From Asterias rubens (lineage: Eukaryota), in contig NC_047066.1 of the NCBI RefSeq assembly GCF_902459465.1, forward strand, positions 18,476,001 to 18,540,000: a stretch of 64,000 nt of DNA, written 5' to 3'. Positions 1 through 13,400 of the stretch are shown piece after piece. The position numbers were made by a program, and so were the translations under genes. The notes beneath the pieces were generated by a model. The model was not told where the DNA came from and ran no database searches. It saw nothing but the letters and a program-made list of their open reading frames with translations. The stretch's first letter is position 1. Every line of letters starts with the position of its first letter.

Positions 1-3000
1 GGGAGAGGTTGATGGTATAAAACATTGTGAGAAACGGCTCCCTCTGAAGTGCCATAGTTTTCGAGAAAAAAAAGTAATTTTCCACGAATTTGATTTCGAG
101 ACCTCAGATTTAGAACTTGAGGTCTTGAAATCAACCATCTACATGCACACACCTTCGTGTGACAATGGTGTTTTTTTCTTTCATTATTATCTCGCAAGTT
201 CGATAACCGATTAAGCTCAAATTTTCACAGGTTTGTTATTTTGTGCTTATGTTGAGATACACCAACTGTGAAGGCTAGTCTTTGACAATTACCAATAGTG
301 TCCACTGCCTTTAAGTCTTTTGTTCTTATTATGGTAGTCGTTGTTTACTATAAGTTTCTACTTTTCTTGTTCAACTTTTTTTAACATTACCTTTTAACTG
401 TCACTACAGTGTGCTGAGATAATTGTATGTGATGCACTTTAAACAATAAATGATTAGATTAGATTAGATTAAAGTCATATCGTGTCTTCATCATCTCTTG
501 AAGACCATCACATTATGGTGATTGAAACGTCGAGGTCAGTAACCTTGTTAATGCGCTGGCGTGTGTGTTTTCAGTCAGATGCCTGAGTGCCCGGTGTGTG
601 CTTTCAGAAGCCTTTCTCAGATTCAAATTATGTTGGTGGAAAACTTCATCCTTCTCTAAAACTTCACAAAGTAGTAAGAATTACTTTTCTTTGAGTGAGA
701 AATTCCTCTTTCTTTTATATGTGACTTCAAAGAGAGCCGTTTCTCAGAATGTTTTATACTATCAACCGCTCTCCAGTGCTTATTACAAACTAAGTTGTTA
801 TGCTAACAATTATTTTGAGTAATTACAAATAGTGCAGTGCCCTTAAATTATGCTTTATAATTACTATGGTGATTTGTATAGTGACACGACACAGTGCTTA
901 CAGGATTTGGGTACTTTTTTTAAATGTCCACAGATTTACATTAAACTTACATGGTTTGAAGATAATGATAGTGGAAAGCTTCCCTTCAAATATTACTAAC
1001 TGAGATTGTGTAGTTTTTGAGAAATGAGTAAAACAAGTCACAAAATTGTTTTAGCATGTAAAATCCCCTTAAACAGTTATGACATTATACCAAAACCATA
1101 GCATAACTGGTTAATACGTTTTTACATGCTAAAACTGAGACGAAAATTATTACTTTTACTCATTTCTCAAAAACTACAGCACCTCAGTAAGTAAAATTTC
1201 AAGGGACGCTTTCTACTATCGTAATCTTCAAACTGTGTAAGTTTAATGTAAATCTCTGGACATTGTGTTTTTTGTTAGGAAGACGATCAGAGCATACTGA
1301 TCGAAACGTCGAGTTAATCCAACGGTTCTTTTCAGAACCACCCAACTCATTTAGAGAGGGTCATAACATGGTGTTACCGCAAACTCTTCTATATCTTATT
1401 TCCACCATGCAAAGTTTCAAATCCTACTTGTTAGGAAAAAGTACATAAACCCTTAATGCAGTTAAGATTTGATTTAAATCAGCTCTATGAAAATCAAGCC
1501 AGAACTCCGATTCCCCCTGACATTTTGCGTGTTGGATATTGCTTGTTTCATACAGCTGGAAAACACATTCAATTTCCACACTCACATTATACAATAAAAA
1601 GTCAATCATCCGTGTGTTTAAAACACATTAATGCCGTCTGCATCAGACAACTGATGAACATGAAAGTGGCCGATAAGGTACCTATGGGTGGTTGACGTTT
1701 CCTCCACACAAAATGTTAACATGTTTTTCAGTATGGTTTCCAGATGGCCTATGAATGATCTCATATAGAAAATTTGTTCCGGCTGGCTGTAGGGGCTTAC
1801 TGGGGGAGTGGGACACACCCACTCTATATCCCTCCTCCTTCGCAAGACTGTCTGTGCATTGAGGTAGACCCATACACCGTAACTCCTTATAGGAGTCAAA
1901 GACGAGTGTTCTCACTTTCTCCATGATGTATCCTAACATATGCATGAAACAACAAATCTGTGAAAATTTGGATTCAATTGGTCATCGAAATTGCAAGAGA
2001 TTAACGATAGAATAATACACCATTGTTACACAAATTTGTGTGCTTTCAGGTGCCTAATATAAAAGGCTACAGCTGAAGTCTTTTTCAAGTGAGAAATTAC
2101 CTCTTTCTCAAAAACTACGTTACTTCAAAAGGAGCCGTTTCTCACAATGTTTTATACTATCAACAGCTCTCCATTGCTCGTTACCAAGTCAGTTTGTATG
2201 CTAATCATTATGTTGAGTAATTACCAATATTGTCCAGTGCTTTTAAAACTATGACAGTCGGGCCCCAAGTTTAATTAATCTATGTGTATTGAACCTCTCC
2301 GGCCAGCATTGTTTTCTGTACATAAAAAAATCCACTGTCGTGGATGTTGTTCTTCTATAAAATCGATTCAAAAAAGGGAATCCTTCAAAACAATCTGGAT
2401 TTTTTTTTATTTTTTAGGATGGCAATTTTGTAGAACGTGAAACGAAAATTTGCCATCAGGCCATGGTTATGCCTCACTCTAATTAGCGACAGCCCCCTCT
2501 GCCGTTGTGCTCCTCCCATTTTCACATTCAAATACTTAGTCCATTGACCCACATTGGTTGGCCATGCGGGCCACATCACTCCCTCTTACAACGACATCCA
2601 CTTATATAGTTGCCCCAGCCTTGACACGCCGTTTACCTCTGGCAACCCCCCCCCCCCTCAAACCGATCTATTACAACCACAATAATTCCTACCCCCTTTT
2701 GGCTATATGCCACATCCCTTTAACACATTATATCCTTCTTTATTTCAATCAATACTGTCTTTATTCTTTCCCCCTTCGGTCGAGGGAGAAAGATGGATGT
2801 CAAAGGGGGAGGAACTAAATCATTTTCATGTAGGATGTACGGCCGCCGCTGGCTAAGGGGAAGGGGAAGGGTTGCTTCAGATCGACCCAGGAAAATACAT
2901 GTATGATTGAATAACAACGTATTAAAATCACTGTGTCGTTACTATGAGCTTTTTATTTACCTTGAGTAGTTATGTACATCTGAGCATTCTGAGTAGTGAG

Positions 3001-6000
3001 TGTGTACATTGTACTACTCGATAAACAATGGCAAGGGTGTGTGTACGTGATACTTAATATAATTTATACAACTTAAAGCTCGGAGTATTTTATTACTCGA
3101 GCAGTTACTCTGTACATTTTTATAAACCAGAGTACTAACTCTGGTAATTTGTATTAGTCTGAGTAGTTACTTTGAGTAATAACTTTGAGTACTTTGAGTA
3201 TTTCGTGTTACTCAATTTACTCTGATATTAATTAACCCATGCAGTAACTCTGAAAAGTTGTATTTAGTAGGGCCTATATGACACAGAATATCTTGAGCAC
3301 CTTCACAAATTTTAGTACATGTACTCTGATGAGCATGTTTGGTATTACTCGACTTGTTACTGTGCATTTATGAAGCTGAGTACATTATCTTAGACACCGA
3401 AGTAGTAACTCTGAGAAGTTGTGTTAATACTCCGGTGGTGAATTTTTTGTTTATAACTTTGAGAACTCTGAGCATGTAGTACTAGATTTGCTACTATGAA
3501 CGTTTACTACATAAAGCTGATAGTAACTCTGGGAATTAAAAATTTATCTGAGTAGTTACTTCGATCTTTTTATGAGAATGTTTTTTTTTTCTTTTTTTCT
3601 GCGTATTTGTTCTGAGCAGTGAGTGGTTAGGCTACCCTAAACATTTTTGATGACAGAAACAGAAACATTGTATTTCAACCAATTAACTCCCGTGACCCAT
3701 TTCTCAAAATGTATGTTATGTGTGTGGGCCTACAATAAAAAACAAAAGTTCAATGAAAGTCATATCAAGCTATAAATAATACAACAGCCTCTCTGGACAA
3801 AGAGGATAGGTGTAACCAACCTGCAAGTAACACGCTTACGTATACAGGATACCAGATCATTACAAGAAATTATCAGTATATACAAGGAGCTGTCAAACCG
3901 TGCCTGAAACAGGGTTATACCTGTCCGTGTTGTTTTTGTATAATGCATAACAGTGTTTGTTCGTCAAATAATGTGTTGTATCATGAAAATCCAATTGAGC
4001 ATCATTCCTTTCATGGTCTGCCCAAGCAAATGGGCATACCCCGTCGAGTAGCCACCCCTGGCCTGCTCTGGAGTAGGGGGACACGGTAAAACCCCGTTGT
4101 ATTCTTAAAATGTGCAACCGGAACCCTGTAGTAGAAGGGGACACAGTGTGAAAGTGCGCCGTGATTGAACCGTGGGGTAAAAAATGCCCGGGGCCTCCCA
4201 GGGGCACGCGCCCTCGGGGCTGTATTCCACGACGATAACAGACACAGTGTGAAAGGGCTTTATATACTTTGTGTCTAAATAACGTTTTGCTACATTCACT
4301 ATCAAAATTGTTCCCCACTTAGGTCCGCCAGGCAATCAAGATACGTTAAGCAATGGTCACATTACTATAAAACTTTAGCTATTCAAAATCCGCAATAACA
4401 GTGGAAACACGCTCCATAATAAAGGCAGTGGACACTATAATTGGTAATTACTCAAATAATTATTAGCATAAAACCTTACTTAGTGACGAGTAATGGGGAG
4501 GGGATGATAGTATAAAACATTGTGAGAAACGGCTCCCTCTGAAGTGACGTAGTTTTCGAGAAAGAATCAATTTTCCACGAATTTGGTTTCGAGACCTCAG
4601 ATTTAGAATTTGAGGTCTCGAAATCAAGCATCTGAAAGCACACAACTTCGTGTGACAAGGGTGTTTTTTCTTTCATAGTTATCACAACTTCGACGACCAG
4701 TTGAGCTGAAATTTTCACAGGTTTGTTATTTTATGCATTGTTGAGATACAGTTACACCAAGTGAGAAGATTGGTCTTTGACAATTACCAAGGAATGCATT
4801 TATAGCATTATACCAACGGGTTAGTCTATGTGCTATAGTTGGGTACGATTTTCATGCACATAAAAATCCGACATGTCAATGGGACTGCAAATAGAAGTGC
4901 AATGCATACAATGAACTTCATGGGGAAAAGAGAATGTACTAAGTTCGTTGTAACACAAAACTGTTATTGTGTACAGCTACAAAGCCAATGCTTTTGGGGT
5001 GACCTTTTGGAAATAATGACAATTCATCGAGGTATGCAGCAACAGGGAGCGTTTTCTATTAATACAAACGAAGGTATCGTGTGTAAGGTCACATTTTGTT
5101 CGGGTCATGCATAATTTTCTTTTGTCAAAGAGTGATAAAATAACCATTGACTGTGAGTTGTATGATACAAATTGGTTGAGTGCGCCCACACCCCCTTTCC
5201 ATACCACCAGGGAATTGTCAAATCCTACATGGGGAAATGTAAATTAGTATGGTTGCCCACCCGTACACGTACGTGTTATTGTTCACCTTGCCACGTAACT
5301 TTTTTTCAAAAAACGTCTGTTGCCTCTTACAGACACAAATTGCAAACAGGATAGTCCTCCTGTGCGACAATATTCACTACCACACTGGGGTGGATTTCAC
5401 AAAGAGTTAGGACCAGTCCTAACTTAGGACCAGTCCTATGAGATATTAAAAACGTATAGCTAAAGTCCTAAGTTAGGAAGTATAACCCGTCCTAACTCGA
5501 GATAAGACTAGTCTTAACTCTTTGTGATACCCACCCATGGGTTATTTTTGTTCCCCACTAAAGTCAAGCAAGCACTCGAGAAATGGTGAGCAATGGCCAC
5601 AGTACTAAACTTTAGCTCGTCGAAAATTGCAATAACAATGGAAGTAAACGCTCTATACTGTAGTATGCAAATGATCAATTTAGAAATCAGCTCAGAAATT
5701 GAAATACTGTTCAAGTATATGAACATATTGCTCTAAACTACCTCAACACAAATATGTATTTCCCGGTGGCTTTCCAAAAAAAAAAAAAAATCGTGAAAAA
5801 CATTACAAAGGAGTAACATTACAAGGAATTTGCAGACCAGCAATGCATTTTTATTACCGAATAATAACAAGAATTTACATCAGAGTGAAAGACAAAATGG
5901 TTTTATATATATCATGAAAGTAATATCTTATACTCGCGCATACAAAAATATACAACAGTGGTTTAGTATGTACGACTATTTTTATAAGCTCTCATTTGAA

Positions 6001-8973
6001 TTTTCTTTTGATATAATAAAATAGCGACAATGAAAAGGAGGGTATGCCTTTGGTAATTACTCACAAATTTAATGACCATAAAACCTAACTTGATGAAATG
6101 CACTAAAGAGATGTTGAAATAAATTGCTGTTGATACTTTAAAGGCACTGGGCACTATTGGTAATTACTCAAAATAATTGTTAGCATAAAAACTTTACTTA
6201 TGGCAACAAGCAATGGAGTGCTGTTGATAGTATAGAACATTGTAAGGATTGGCTCCCTCTGAAGTTTTTTTCGTGAAAGAAGTAATTTTCCACCAAAATA
6301 TTTGAATTTGATTCCGAGAACTCAGAATTATGTTTTGAGGTCCCGAAATCAAGCATCTGAAAGCACAACTTCGTGTGACAAGGGTGTTTTTTCTTCCATT
6401 ATTGTATCGCAACTTCGACGACCAATTGAGGTCAAATTATCACAGGTTTGTTACTTGTGCATACTTGAGATACACCAAGTGAGAAGACTTGTCTTTGACA
6501 ATTACCAAAGGTGTCCATAGTCTTTACCACATTGTTTAAAACAACCCCATTTGAAATAATGCAGTTTGAGAGAAGGAGGTTATTTTTCACATACACAATT
6601 TAGATCTGAGAAAGGCTTCGGGTATGAAGCTTTTCTCAGGCACACATTTTCATGCAACAATTCTGTCTTTCTTTCATTATTTGATACAAATTCGATAACA
6701 AATTGATCCAAAATTTTCACAGGCTTGTTAATTTATGCATATTGGAAAACACCAAGTAAGGATACTGATTTTTAGCAATTATTACCAAAGGTAAACCTGC
6801 CTTTATATAATAAATTTTAAATTATATGCGCACATTATTGCATTGTCTTTCATGAGCAACGTAACAAGTGTAATTTAATACTTAATATTCAACTTCATAT
6901 GTCATATGAACTATTATACATTGTGATTGATGTGTTGCATCATTGTTCCCTCATAAGGCACTTTTTAAGTAAAAATCACAAAACTAAAATTATGCAAGCT
7001 TCGTTTTCGTAACGTGTGGTGACACAAAATTTAAGCAAAATACGCCAAGCAGTTTAAGCTTCTTTGCTTACAATTTTGACACACAAACATTGTGTCATGA
7101 TCTTGTTTTGAAAGACATTATTTTACGATAATTTCTTCCCTCAACCATTCAGAAAACTTAATAAAAAAGCTTCGGTTTCGTAACGTTTAATTTTTGCTTA
7201 CTGAAAATTTAAGAAAAATAGGCCGAGCAGGTTTTAAAATCTTTGTTTAAAATATAACACTTTGACGCACATGAATTTCACAAAGTGTCTTTGTCTCCTT
7301 TGAAAGACATTAATTATTATACAATCATTTTTCCCTCAATCATTCTTAATGGTTTGTATAACAATTTAAAGCAAAAATTAAAACAGTGCCATGACAACAA
7401 TTGTGCTAATTGGGAAACAACTTAAAACAAAAAGCCAAAACCTAAGGCAATTCTTAGGAAAACCAAAACTCAACACAAGAAGATTGCATCACAGCAACCC
7501 TCTTAAAATCTAAAAGAAGAAAAAAAATTCATAAGGAATTAGGAATTTTGTGTGGGTAAACATTTTTGTTTAAAATGTCTCTCACAGGTTTTGTCTCCAC
7601 ACACAGTATTCAATGATAAACAAAAATAATATGTAATAATTGTTAGAACGGATCACTGCTTATTCAATTCCAGTGCTAAACTTATGTGTGATTGTCCCTT
7701 TCAAAAACCATAACATATTTTGCATCATAATCCGCATACATATCACCCGTCTAAAACCAATGTACATTCAATTCTTCACATTATAAAATGTACCAGAAAA
7801 TATAGTGTGTTGCCCTTTAACTTAACTTGCATTGAAGGCGCAGCCCATACTTTAGTCCCTACAAAGTATGAGCCGCACCTTAAGTTAAGATTACACAATG
7901 AACTTGAGGAATGGTATACAATTGGTTTACTTTCTCTATGTCCAACCAGACAAAACGGTTGAGCGAAATGGGGAAGCTCCATCACACAGTGCCCAATTTC
8001 ATAAGCCTGTAAGCACAACAATTTGTGCTAAGCACAGAAAAGTATTGCTTGGCAGAAACAGGTTACCAGCCAAAATTGCATTCAGATTGCACTGTTGTGA
8101 CAGGTGCCCAACTGAATGTTTGCTAAGCAAAGAATTTGTCAAGCTTAAAATCCACTTGTTAGTCAAACTGCATGTAGCTAATTTCTCTTTGAAAGTCATG
8201 TTGTTAGAAGGAACCTAAGAAGCTTGTTCTTTGCCCAATATTATAAAGCTGTCTAGCAAAATTACTGCTTGACAAATTTCGTTGCTAAGCAAAATTTGAA
8301 TGGGCTCCAGTCACAACAATGTAAACCTACTGTAACTTTGGCTAAGCTGTTTCTGTTAAGCAATACTTTTTTCTTAGCAAGTTTTTGTGATTTAAAAGCT
8401 CTAGGAAATTGAGCCCTGACCCAGTACTATGACAGAATATTTTTCAGATCACTCAAGTTATTTCACATGTTCATTTTTATACGACATGTGTTTCTTGAAA
8501 ATGAATAAGGCTATGGAAACAGTTAATTATCCATTTAACAATTTCCATTACACACATTTATTTTATACACTTGATTCTTTTGCAAAAACAACATTTCAGC
8601 GCAGGAATTCCCAGGATGTTTGGTCCCAATACAATCTTTCATTCAATTAAATCTGTCAGACAAGAAGGTAACTGAAGAGAAACATGATTGTGAGTATCAC
8701 TTTGCATTGCGGTGAGAAAAAAAAATTTAAAAAACAACTTGTTGGCTTTGGTCTTCCCATACTTGTTTTCAAGTAAGACTAATTGATAACTTGATTCATA
8801 ACAGGTGTCATCATTAACACATTAGTTGTCAAGACAGTTACTTCTGGTATACTCTACAAGTTGATGACCATACTCGGGCCTGGTACTTCACAAAGACAAC
8901 AAAAGCGATTTCCTCCATGCCCCCTGGTCATTGCCTTAGTGCCCTTAAAATGCTACAGTAGAAGTGTACAATT

Positions 8974-9115
8974 TCCACACCCCAAATTAAGCTTTCATTT
9001 GCATTTGTTTGTAACCCAGTCACAGAAAACCACACCCCAATTTAAGTTTTCACTTGCATTTTGTTGTAATTCAGTCACAGAAAACCATACCCCGAATTAC
9101 GTTTTTCATTTTCCA
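8974..9115. repeat. About 56-bp tandem repeat, roughly 2.5 copies
   Basis: CAGTCACAGAAAACCA(C/T)ACCCC and TTGCATTT recur at about 56-bp spacing. Confidence 0.65.
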
Positions 9116-9220
9116 TTCTAATAAATCCATCACCAATTCGATTTAAGAATAAGCAGTCATTCAATTCAAATTGCATTAATTTCACAACAGGCGGCTTACC
9201 CCCCATATCCCCCCCCCCCC

Positions 9221-9252
<32 letters not shown>

Positions 9253-9350
9253 ATACATGTAATGATGGCAAACAGTTTGTAAAAATTGGCAAAACAAGTT
9301 TTGTTTGTTATTCAATCCTAACTACAAGCACTTCTTTGCTTGAATTTTAA

Positions 9351-9732
9351 AGGAACACGTTGTCTTGGATCGGTCGAGTTGGTCTTTGAAAAGCATTTGT
9401 AACCGTTTATTATAAAATGCAAATGATTAGAAGGATATTTTAAAAGTAGAATATAATGATCCACACAAGTATCATTCGAAATTGCGTGGTTTTCCTTTTA
9501 CTTCGTCGACAAACACGGTGGGCCATTTATGGGAGTCAATTTTTTTACTCCTGTAAATGGCCGACCGTGTTAGTTCGCAAAGTAAAAGGAAAACCACGCA
9601 ATTTCGAGGCAAATGTGTGTGGATCATTGTATTTTACTTTCAAAACATCTTTCTAATCATATGCATTTTATAACAAACGGTTACAAACGCTTTTCAAAGA
9701 CCAACTTGACCGATCCAAGGCAACGTGTTCCT
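9351..9732. mobile_element. Family B fold-back TTAA-targeting MITE (Kolobok-like)
   Basis: TTAA|AGGAACACGTTG(C/T)CTTGGATCGGTC...GATCCAAGGCAACGTGTTCCT|TTAA. Nearly the whole element is a palindrome centred on GGGAGTCAA...T(G/T)ACTCC. Other copies: 17633-18004, 24332-24693, and an internally deleted copy at 55774-55917. Confidence 0.85.
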
Positions 9733-9913
9733 TTAAAACATTCTTCAGTGGTCCACAGGTCTTGCATTTAAGTACAGAAAGTAGCTAATCAAAATTACAA
9801 AACAAAATTATGCTCACCAGGAATCAGGTTACCAGCCAAATTATCATGTCACGTGTACAATTTGTGACTGGTATCCTGCTCATTTCTGCTATTAAAAAGC
9901 AGAAATTTGTTAA

Positions 9914-10901
9914 AGGGACACACCGGCCGACTTGGGCTATTTGGGCTACAAAATAGACTAAGAAATGTATTCAACGGGTTTCCAGGAATGAAGAACAGTC
10001 CTTAAAAAAAATCATCAAATTTGGCCGTTTTTGAGCATTTTAAAACAAAAACGAAGGTCGCGTGATTGTTCTAACCAAAAAGTGGTACAAACAATCACGT
10101 GACCTTCCGGGCTAGTTTTACTTCCAGCCATCTAAAAGTAACTTACCAAACCAAATTTAATTTTTTTTTTACAAAATTATTAACGAGTAATTGACGAAAA
10201 AGATCATGTATTCAAATTATCGCTACGAAATGTAAATAATGGTGAAAAATCTAACGTAAGATTCGCATTCAAAGAGTCCGTGTAACGGAAGCTTGTTATA
10301 TGGCCCCCACAGCGTGGAGCAATCGGAACGTAAGCCTCGGGGCATATCACGTACCGCACATGCCGTGTCTCGTGGGGGGCTGGAGGTGTAATCCCGGGCG
10401 CTATGAACTCCCAGCTTGCGGGTCTCGCCGTGAGCTTGGGAGGGGTTGGGAGCCAGACATCAGAGTACATGTTTGTCATCGTGGGTTTGTCAGTCGGTAC
10501 ACCTCGTGTCAAATCCGTTATTTCTTATGATCGCAACGTTCCAATATTATACTCTGTTTTGTTTCATGGCTCCTAACTTCTTTTTGCTAGTTTTCAGGAA
10601 ACAATAAAAAAAGATTGACGATGTCAAAATGTAGGAATACCGCATTTTGTTATATTGACAGTGTTATTGTGTGAGTAGCTTAAAAAATGTTTTATGAAGA
10701 AGAAAAAAAGGATTAAAAAAACCGGAGCCCCCGATCGAAAAAAGAACAGGTGAAAAATAATTTTGTATAAAAGGTTCAATAAAATATGATAAAAAAATTA
10801 CGTGACATTTTGATGACTTTTTTTTACAGCAACCATCTATAAAAACATTATTTATGATTCTACAGCCCTAAACTGCGTACACGGTGAGCCGGTGTGTCCC
10901 T
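9914..10901. mobile_element. 988-bp TTAA-targeting non-autonomous element
   Basis: TTAA|AGGGACACACCGGC...GCCGGTGTGTCCCT|TTAA: a perfect 14-bp TIR with TTAA TSD. No transposase ORF. Confidence 0.75.
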
Positions 10902-11615
10902 TTAAGCAATTTCGTCTGCTGAAAGCAACTCTATGAAACTGACCCATGTGCTTTATCTATGTAGTGGTCCAATGGGTATATTTTAAGCCCTGTATTTGTA
11001 AACTTTGTAAACAAACAAAATGCACTCTCCACAAAAGGGTCCTAAAATCTTTCAGTTCAAATTAAATGAATACAGCCAGCATTGGTCCATTAAAAAAAAA
11101 GATAAATTAGAATGTTATAAATGTATTGAAGCATTGTAAAATATTGACACCGTATATCCATCTAACCCCATTTTGTTTATCTTTTTTAAACACCTCACAG
11201 CTCTTAAAGGCATTGGACACTATTGGTAACTAGCTACTCAAAATAATTATTAGCATAAAACCTTTCTTGGCAACGAGTAATGGGGAGATTTGAATAGTAT
11301 AAAACATTGTGAGAAACGGCTCCCTTGGAAGTAACGTAGTTTTTTGAGAAAAAATATTTGAATTTGATTTTGAGTCATCAGAATTAGACTTTGAGGTCCC
11401 GAAATCAAGCATATTTTTTCTTTCATTATTATCTGGCAACTTCAACGACCAACTGAGTTCAAATTTTCACAGGTTTGTTATTTTATGTTGAGATACACCA
11501 GTGAGAAGACTGGTCTTTGACAATTACCAATAGCGTCCAGTGTCTTTAAATCATGAAACATGAAGTACCTTTTGATACAAAATTTACACACACATTTAAA
11601 GTACTTTGGAGAAAA

Positions 11616-13400
11616 TTAAGGATGATAACTGCTCTGTTGCAATGTTGAAATCACAGGATGCTGTAATGCCTTAGTGCAGTACATAGTCGCAACATCTTGT
11701 TGCAGAAACCGCTGACGCAATGGCTGTATTAAGCCAGAGTTTAGATCAGCCCCGAATGGATAGTCCCTAAAAGCTTCGTAAATGACTCTAAATGGACGCT
11801 GTTTGTCGTTGTGGTATACGCCCCTGTTACCATGAATAACCGCCACGCCCTCTGTCGTTATGCGCTGGCAGTTCAAAGAATACATACAGTGATCGGGGCG
11901 AATGTTCCACTCACACGGGTAGACGTAAACCAACTCCGGGTGGAAATGAAACAATATATTGATGAGGTCCTGGTCCCCCCAAGTGATTTTAGTTTTGTAC
12001 TCTCTGTAGATCGGGAGAATCTTTGCCGACCATCCAAATGTCCGCATCCTCGTTAAGTTCATTAGCATGACGCCGGAGTTCAGTCCTGTTGCGCCGTGGT
12101 AAGGATGCCTTGCGAAGCGGTTATACCAACCAATGTTGGTTATTTCATGCTCAGGGGTCAGTGCTGCAAGCTGGGTAGAATTGAACTTCTTGAAGAAACT
12201 CCAGATATATTGCAATGGCTTGATGAATAAGATGTCGGTGTCCACATACAGCAGAGCGTCTGTGTCGGTTAAGAGGTCCGGTAGAAATAATCTCTGCGTG
12301 GCGCACTTTTTAAACATTTTCTTCCACTCTTCAAAATTTTCACCGGGAGGGAAAGAAATTGGGTGAATCTTGAAAGAAATTCTGTTCTGGAAGGAGGCGG
12401 GCCATGATTTGATCTTGCCAGCGATATCTGCATGTAGGTCGTCCTCGGCAAAAATGTGAAAGTGTATCGGCATTGGGGTTAGTATTGCTGCAGATTTAAG
12501 CATGACCAATGCTTCGTCTGTTCGATCACCACATACTACAACTGCTAACACCATCTTTCCTTTAATCGATGGTGCGGTGTCACTGCCTGGATTTTGAATG
12601 TTTTGAGGGGCAGCGAGTGGGGCTTGTTGTTGCTTCTGTTGTTGCCCCTCGTTGAAAGCAGGAGGGTGGACATCTTTTGCTGGGGCAACCTGTTGATGCT
12701 GGGGTTGATTTGCTTGTGCGTTCTGCGGAATATTTACAGCTGGAGCGTGAACTTCCTTATGCAAAGCTTGATGCTTCACCATATTATTACCTTCACCAGG
12801 CACTGGTAGTCCCTCTTGAATGTTCTGCTGTTGGATTGGTTTGTTGACGCTATGATTTATCAGAGTCTTTCCTTGCACGGCAGGCGGACCAACATGTTTA
12901 ACTTTAACAGGCTGTAGACGGAGTGGTGCTTCAAAACCTTTTCGATCTATATCACCATGGTGGTTGTCGCTATCAGGTTTTCCATCATGAAGGGCATCAC
13001 CTTTTAAGTGTGCGACCACAGCAGGCTGGTGGTTTTCAATAGGAACATTCACACTCAATTGGTGACCTCCTTTTGGGTTGGTACTATCTTTAACAGATTC
13101 AATGTTCGATTTTTTGTTACTGCCAACAAAACTGTCTGAATTCCCAATTACCTTTTCCACGGCCACTGGTTGCACTGGATGCACTGGATGGGGTTGCTGC
13201 TTTAAATTTAAAGGCTCCCGCAAATGGCCTCCCCCATCAACATCATTGACATTCCTAGTTTCAGGTGCGACACGAACTCCCCCGGTGTTTTTGTTACTGG
13301 TTGCCTCTTCATAGTAAAATCCACACAACATTCCTAAACTGAAGACCGAAATCACGAATATGATGTTCAGGAGTTTGCCACACCGGCGACCCCGCATCAT
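11616..13400 (-). CDS. GXYLT1: Glucoside xylosyltransferase (GT8 family, GXYLT1/2 homologue), single coding exon, about 594 aa
   Basis: Long ORF. N-terminal type II membrane anchor (LLNIIFVISVFSLGMLCGFYY), low-complexity stem, then a GT8 domain with GXYLT-type motifs: LAVVVCGDR, FKKCATQRLFLP, DxD motif YVDTDILF, ARHPYHGATGLNSGVMLMNLTRMR, WGDQDLINILF, WNIRPDHCMY, HGNRGVYH. The likely start is the ATGATG at 13400 (MMRGRR); the track's start at 13472 is a TTG. Confidence 0.93.
   Translation of the reverse strand: MMRGRRCGKLLNIIFVISVFSLGMLCGFYYEEATSNKNTGGVRVAPETRNVNDVDGGGHLREPLNLKQQPHPVHPVQPVAVEKVIGNSDSFVGSNKKSNIESVKDSTNPKGGHQLSVNVPIENHQPAVVAHLKGDALHDGKPDSDNHHGDIDRKGFEAPLRLQPVKVKHVGPPAVQGKTLINHSVNKPIQQQNIQEGLPVPGEGNNMVKHQALHKEVHAPAVNIPQNAQANQPQHQQVAPAKDVHPPAFNEGQQQKQQQAPLAAPQNIQNPGSDTAPSIKGKMVLAVVVCGDRTDEALVMLKSAAILTPMPIHFHIFAEDDLHADIAGKIKSWPASFQNRISFKIHPISFPPGENFEEWKKMFKKCATQRLFLPDLLTDTDALLYVDTDILFIKPLQYIWSFFKKFNSTQLAALTPEHEITNIGWYNRFARHPYHGATGLNSGVMLMNLTRMRTFGWSAKILPIYREYKTKITWGDQDLINILFHFHPELVYVYPCEWNIRPDHCMYSLNCQRITTEGVAVIHGNRGVYHNDKQRPFRVIYEAFRDYPFGADLNSGLIQPLRQRFLQQDVATMYCTKALQHPVISTLQQSSYHP

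Noticed and set aside
1618-1945. Two overlapping minus-strand ORFs with possible splice sites
   Set aside because: No recognisable protein and no partner exons found.
9209-9250. C-run followed by a long A-run; also G-runs at about 51322-51340 and 51499-51515
   Set aside because: Simple homopolymers with no TSD or retrocopy body. Their lengths may be sequencing artefacts.
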